Below are positions 43,509-47,922 of a stretch of DNA of 47,922 nt, piece by piece. A program made the translations under genes and the position numbers. Origin of the DNA: Candidatus Fermentibacterota bacterium (lineage in GTDB: Bacteria > JAFGKV01); assembly GCA_016928395.1 (NCBI GenBank), contig JAFGKV010000004.1:1-47922 (forward strand). Direction: 5' to 3'. Under the pieces are notes generated by a model. The model was not told the origin of the DNA. It made no database searches and saw only the letters and a program-made list of their open reading frames with translations. Position 1 is the stretch's first letter; each line of letters opens with the position of its first letter.

Positions 43509-43939
43509 GACCGCGCGGACGCGGAGGTCCAGAGTGTGCGGGGATGGAATGGAGAAACGGGGGGATCGCGGAACCGCTGATGGGCAGATGAGGTTGCACA
43601 GGTAGCTGTGTGTTTCGCGTCCCGGAACCTGGCGGGCGCGAAACGGTTACCATATTGATTGGGAACGTGGCGGCCAAAGGACTACGACCTGCGGGCCGGG
43701 CTTCGGGAGCGATCCCAGGCGGGCACCCCCCACCGCCGGCCCGGCCCGCGCCTCTTCTGCAAAGACTCACGTCTCCAACTATCCCATGAGAATAGGTTCC
43801 CGCTCTTGCCCCTCAGACGCCCGTGCGCACCAGTAGGGCGTCACGCTCGTGTGCCGACGGCCAAGGCGGGCGAGGACCCATACCTCGGTGCCCGTGTCCT
43901 GTCACGAATCACTGTCACGATTCACGCGAACCTCTGCCC

Positions 43940-43975
43940 AAAGAGAACGGCCCAGAGGGATGGGCCCCTGGGCCG
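43940..43975 (-). terminator. Intrinsic terminator of the serine operon
   Basis: Stem cggcccag/ctgggccg followed by ttctcttt on the minus strand, 20 nt past the serC stop. Confidence 0.65.
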
Positions 43976-43995
43976 GGATGCTTCAGGTCTCTGGG

Positions 43996-45075
43996 CTAGC
44001 TGCGCTTGCGGAAGTCCTGCATGAAGTCAACGAGGCTCTGCACCGCCTCGTGGGGCAGCGCATTGTACAGGGACGCGCGGATGCCGCCGACGGACCGGTG
44101 GCCCTTGAGCCCGACCATGCCCAGTTTCTTCGCCTCGGTGATGAAGGCTGCTTCCAGATCCTCGGTGGGCAGGCGGAACACGACGTTCATGTAGGAGCGG
44201 CTGTCCTTGCGCACCGGCGCGCGGAAGAAATCGGGATCCGAATCCAAGGCTGCGTAGAGCATGTCGCCCTTTCGCCGGTTGTGCTTCTCCATGGCCGGTA
44301 GGCCACCCTGGTCCTTCACCCAGGCCAGTACATTGCGCACCATGTAGATCGAGAACACCGGGCAGGTGTTATGGAGGGATTCTTTCGTTACGTGGGTGCC
44401 GTAGCTCAGCATGGTGGGCAGACCAGGCCTGCATTTCTGCAGCACGTCATCACGGATGATGACCAGCGTCACGCCCGCCGGCCCCATGTTCTTCTGGGCG
44501 CCGGCGTAGATGAGTCCAAAGGGCTTCACGTCGAATTGACGCCACATGATGTCTGAGGACATGTCTGCGACGATGGGTACGGACCCTGTATTCGGGAAAC
44601 CGTGGTACTGGGTCCCGCCGATGGTGTTGTTTGACGTGATGTGGACATACGCCGCATCGGGATCAAAGGTGAACTCGGTGGGGATGTAGGTAAAGCTGTC
44701 CTGCTCGCTGCTGGCGGCGACCTTCGGCGCGCCCAGGATCTTGGCCTCCTTGAGCGCCAGCTTCGACCAGCTTCCGGTGATGACATAGTCGGCGCTCATG
44801 CCCGCGCCCAACAGGTTCATGGGCACCATGGCGAACTGGAGGCTGGCGCCGCCCTGGAGGAAGAGTACATGGTAGTCAGCCGGCAGCCCCAGGAGTTCTT
44901 TGACCAGCGCCATGGCTTCGTGGTGCACCGCGTCGTACTCTTTCGAACGGTGGCTGGACTCCAGCACCGACATACCGGAACCGGAGAAATCCATGAATTC
45001 GTCCCGCGCCCGCTCCAATGCGGGAACAGGCAGGACCGCGGGGCCGGGGTTGAAGTTGAACACGCGCTTGCTCAT
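43996..45075 (-). CDS. serC: Phosphoserine aminotransferase
   Basis: 'FNFNPGP', 'SHRS', 'LQGGASLQF', 'DMSS', 'GAQKN', 'GHRSVGGIRASLYNA'. Confidence 0.96.
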   Translation of the reverse strand: MSKRVFNFNPGPAVLPVPALERARDEFMDFSGSGMSVLESSHRSKEYDAVHHEAMALVKELLGLPADYHVLFLQGGASLQFAMVPMNLLGAGMSADYVITGSWSKLALKEAKILGAPKVAASSEQDSFTYIPTEFTFDPDAAYVHITSNNTIGGTQYHGFPNTGSVPIVADMSSDIMWRQFDVKPFGLIYAGAQKNMGPAGVTLVIIRDDVLQKCRPGLPTMLSYGTHVTKESLHNTCPVFSIYMVRNVLAWVKDQGGLPAMEKHNRRKGDMLYAALDSDPDFFRAPVRKDSRSYMNVVFRLPTEDLEAAFITEAKKLGMVGLKGHRSVGGIRASLYNALPHEAVQSLVDFMQDFRKRS

Positions 45076-45088
45076 GGGATTCTCTCCT

Positions 45089-45967
45089 TCATGCCGAGGC
45101 GGCGAACGACTCGATGATCTTCTCGACCTCCGCGCCGATGCGCAGGAGGTTCTCCTTCGTCTCCGCGCCGATGTGCGGGGTCATGAACACATTGGGTGCG
45201 GTGAGCAGTGGGCAATCCGCCGGAGGGGGATCGCTGAACCACACATCCGTCCCGAAGGCACGTACCTTACCATCGCGCAGGGCTGCGGCCAGATCGGGCT
45301 CGTTGATGCACTTGCCGCGGCCGGAATTGATGATGACGACCCCGTCTTTCATCTTGGCGATGGCGTCGGCATTAATCATGCCCTTGGTTTCATCGGTCAG
45401 CGGGGTGTGGAGCGAGACATAGTCGGCGCTCGCCAGTAGCTCGTCCATGGGCACCAGCCGCGCATAGTCCGACTCCTTGAGATACGGGTCATAGGCGATG
45501 ACGTTCATGCCGAAGGCCTTGGCGCGCTTCGCAACCTCGGATGCGATGCGCCCGGCGCCGATGAGCCCCAGGGTCTTGCCGTAGAGCTCGGTACGCTTGA
45601 GCTCTTTCTTGGCCCACTGGCCGTTGGCCATGGTCATGTGGCCCTCGATGACGCGGGCAGAAATGGCGGACATGAGCGCCATGGCCAGCTCCGCCACGGC
45701 GATACTCGATGCCGCGGGCGTGTTTTTCACGATGATGCCCTTGGTCTTGGCATACTCGCGATCCACGTTGTCCAGCCCCACGCCTCCGCGGATGATGAGC
45801 TTCAGCTGTGGCGCGCCGTCCATATACTCCTTGGTGCACTTGGTCTTGCTCCGAACGAGCACGACGGTAGCCTCGGGCAGCCGGGCCTTGTCGTCGGTTA
45901 CCTCGCCGAACCGTGCCAGTGTGGCCGGCAGGCCCTTGTCAAAGGCGTCACTGATCAGAATGAGCAT
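45089..45967 (-). CDS. serA: D-3-phosphoglycerate dehydrogenase, short form without ACT domain
   Basis: 'RGGVGLDNVD', 'GAGRIA', 'HTPLT', 'NSGRG', 'TPHIGA'; in an operon with serC. Confidence 0.8.
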   Translation of the reverse strand: MLILISDAFDKGLPATLARFGEVTDDKARLPEATVVLVRSKTKCTKEYMDGAPQLKLIIRGGVGLDNVDREYAKTKGIIVKNTPAASSIAVAELAMALMSAISARVIEGHMTMANGQWAKKELKRTELYGKTLGLIGAGRIASEVAKRAKAFGMNVIAYDPYLKESDYARLVPMDELLASADYVSLHTPLTDETKGMINADAIAKMKDGVVIINSGRGKCINEPDLAAALRDGKVRAFGTDVWFSDPPPADCPLLTAPNVFMTPHIGAETKENLLRIGAEVEKIIESFAASA

Positions 45968-45988
45968 GGTTCACCTCCTGCCGCGGGG

Positions 45989-47227
45989 CTAGTCGCTCAG
46001 CGGCCGTACGACCAAACCAGACCTTAGTTTTGGTTCAAACCACGTCGACTTGGGCGGCATCATCATGCCGCTATCGGCGACCGACATCAGCTGTTCGATG
46101 GTGGTCGGATGAAGGGCGAAGGCGACCGCCATGCCCTGGTGTACGCGCTTCTCCAGTTCGTCAAGACCCCGGATCCCACCGACGAAGTCGATCCGCTTGT
46201 CCGTCCGTGGGTCATGAATTCCCAGGATCGGCGCCAGCAGGTTGTCCTGGAGGATAGACACATCCAGGCTCTTCACAGGGTCACCGGAAGGGAACGACTC
46301 TGGTTTCGCCGTGAGACGGTACCATGCTCCTCCCAGGTACATGCCGAAGTCGTGCACCACCGCCGGCTCTCGCTTCCGTCCCGGTTCGACAACGAAGCGA
46401 GTGGAGACCTCGTGCAGGAACTGCTCCGGAGAGCGGCCCAGAAGGTCGTGCACCACCCGGTTGTACGCCATGATCTTCATCTGATCATGGGGGAAGATGA
46501 CTGCCAGGAAATGATTGTACGCTTCGTCTCCCGTATGGCCGGGGTTTGCCGCGCGGCGCACCGAACACACTCTGGTTGCCGCGGCGCTACGGTGGTGGCC
46601 ATCGGCAACGTAGAGGCGGTCTATGGCGCCGAACGCCCGGCGAATGGCGGCCACATCGGCGGGGGAGTCGACAACCCAGACGGTGTGGCCGATGCCGTCG
46701 GGGGCCGCGAAGCTGTAGGTCGGCGACGAGGCCTTGAGCCTCCCGATCAGGCTGTCTATCTCGGGCCGGGCATGATAGGTGAGAAACACAGGGCCAGCCT
46801 GGGTGTTCAGCGCCTCGATGTGGCGGGTACGGTCATCCTCCTTGTCGCGCCGGGTCAGCTCGTGCTTTCGGATCAGATCGCGCTCGTACTCCACGACGCT
46901 GGCGCCGGCCACAAGCCCGATCTGTACGTGCTGATTCATCTGCTGCTGGTACAGATAGAAAGCTGGCCTATCCTCGCGAAAGAGCACTCCTTCGGCCACG
47001 AAGCGGTCGAAGTTCTCTCTCGCCTTGGCATACACCTCGTCACTGTACAGCTCGGTGCCTGCCGGCATGTCGATCTCCGGCTTGGACACGTGCAAGAAGG
47101 CGTACGGGTTGCCATCGGCCATGACCCGTGCCTCTTCGCTGCTCAAGACATCATAGGGAGGGCTTGCAACCTTGGCCGCCAAATCGGCGCGGGGCCGCAA
47201 CGCCCGAAACGGTCGCACATCTGCCAT
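45989..47227 (-). CDS. DUF1015-family protein
   Basis: 'PFRALRP', 'PPYDV', 'KHELTR', 'ADGHHR', 'MPPKSTWFEPKLRSGL'; GGAGG SD before ATG 47227. Confidence 0.9.
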   Translation of the reverse strand: MADVRPFRALRPRADLAAKVASPPYDVLSSEEARVMADGNPYAFLHVSKPEIDMPAGTELYSDEVYAKARENFDRFVAEGVLFREDRPAFYLYQQQMNQHVQIGLVAGASVVEYERDLIRKHELTRRDKEDDRTRHIEALNTQAGPVFLTYHARPEIDSLIGRLKASSPTYSFAAPDGIGHTVWVVDSPADVAAIRRAFGAIDRLYVADGHHRSAAATRVCSVRRAANPGHTGDEAYNHFLAVIFPHDQMKIMAYNRVVHDLLGRSPEQFLHEVSTRFVVEPGRKREPAVVHDFGMYLGGAWYRLTAKPESFPSGDPVKSLDVSILQDNLLAPILGIHDPRTDKRIDFVGGIRGLDELEKRVHQGMAVAFALHPTTIEQLMSVADSGMMMPPKSTWFEPKLRSGLVVRPLSD

Positions 47228-47272
47228 CAAGTCCTCCGGAACGCGAATGCCGTCACCATGGTGGTTTCTTCT

Positions 47273-47301
47273 ATCTTGCCCATGAATGTGTTGCGTGTCA
47301 A
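47273..47301 (-). promoter_or_regulatory. Putative sigma-70 promoter of the DUF1015-serA-serC operon
   Basis: TTGACA-17 nt-CAAGAT, about 45 nt upstream of the start codon. Confidence 0.5.
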
Positions 47302-47580
47302 GGATAGGCGGAGCCCGCGGCATGCTGCCCGGGAAAACCGAAGCACAAGAGGACGAAATCCGAGAGTAAGCGTCGCGATTCACACCGGTTACCCCTACGC
47401 CGCCGGATGCACGGCTCTAATCCTGAGAATGCGGTGCACTCGCCCGGTTGGAGCGTCGTAAGGCGCGACAGGCAGGTTGAACTCGGGGGGTGATTCGAAA
47501 TCCCTCCCAACCTTCCTCGGTAAGAGAGAGAGAGAAACACTGACGCTCTCGTCAGTCAGAAGTCGCCAGTCGGTAGCCCG

Positions 47581-47912
47581 ACTACGCTGTAACTTCACAG
47601 GGGAGCAGAGGTTCCCACGCGGAGCATGAGATCGAGCCGGAGGAATGAGGAGCACGGAAGTCATCACCCGGCTTGACCGGGTGATCCAGAAGTCGGTCCA
47701 AATGCTCCTGCCTGGATTGCCCGAACGAGTCGGGCAATGACGGGGAGAGGCGTGGAAGTTTGACCAGGTATCGTCCGGGCGCCCCGAAGCCCCCACTACG
47801 CTGTAACTTCACAGGGGAGCAGAGGTTCCCACGCAGAGCATGAGATCGAGCCGGAGGAATGAGGAGCACGGAAGTCATCACCCGGCTTGACCGGGTGATC
47901 CAGAAGTCGGTC
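47581..47912. repeat. 118-bp direct repeat (47581-47698 and 47795-47912), period 214 bp
   Basis: The two copies differ at one position (cacgcGgagc vs cacgcAgagc); the array may continue past the window. Confidence 0.92.
47660..47741. repeat. REPIN-like inverted pair of GTCAT...ATCCAG REP palindromes
   Basis: gtcatcacccggcttgaccgggtgatccag (47660-47689) and inverted ctggattgcccgaacgagtcgggcaatgac (47712-47741); a third REP at 47874-47903. Confidence 0.75.
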
Positions 47913-47922
47913 GATATGCGTC

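Noticed and set aside
43900-43909. 10-mer tgtcacgaat shared with 2703-2712 (reverse strand)
   Set aside because: 10-mer matches are expected by chance in 48 kb
47350-47375. Hammerhead-like 'gaggacgaaa'
   Set aside because: No CUGANGA core or stem II partner
47395-47881. ORFs of 133 aa and 99 aa with duplicated peptide segments
   Set aside because: Translations of the non-coding direct repeat; no protein-like features
47581-47912. CRISPR array
   Set aside because: The repeat is 118 bp with a 96-bp spacer, there are only two copies, and no cas genes are present; it fits REP-type repeats

Overview
GC-rich bacterial chromosome segment. A secreted protein with a T9SS/FlgD-like C-terminal domain suggests an FCB-superphylum-like lineage (inference only). 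The window very probably contains the replication origin (~27.45-27.62 kb: AT-rich DnaA-trio run plus two perfect and several degenerate DnaA boxes) near a dnaN-recF-dciA-gyrB-gyrA-eno-ftsB-tRNA(fMet) operon, but dnaA is absent from the window. Left arm: an AbiEii-like toxin/small-partner pair; a TPR-CHAT protease + ECF sigma + zf-HC2 anti-sigma + DUF4384-like secreted protein cluster, divergent from a large S8 protease with FG-GAP repeats; a stand-alone GMP synthase B subunit; and a membrane PP2C phosphatase. Right arm: an MCE/Mla-type ABC operon with a degenerate ATPase, an M42 peptidase, deoD, a ChpT-like pseudo-kinase, a type-2 IleRS with the GVHH signature, a glycosyltransferase/two radical-SAM/Thr-type sulfatase-like cluster, a DUF1015-serA-serC operon, and a REP/REPIN-containing 118-bp direct repeat at the right edge. 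The best candidate for an undescribed system is the CHAT protease/anti-sigma/ECF module. A structured non-coding region beside tRNA-fMet is second. All family assignments come from motifs read by eye; no database searches were run.
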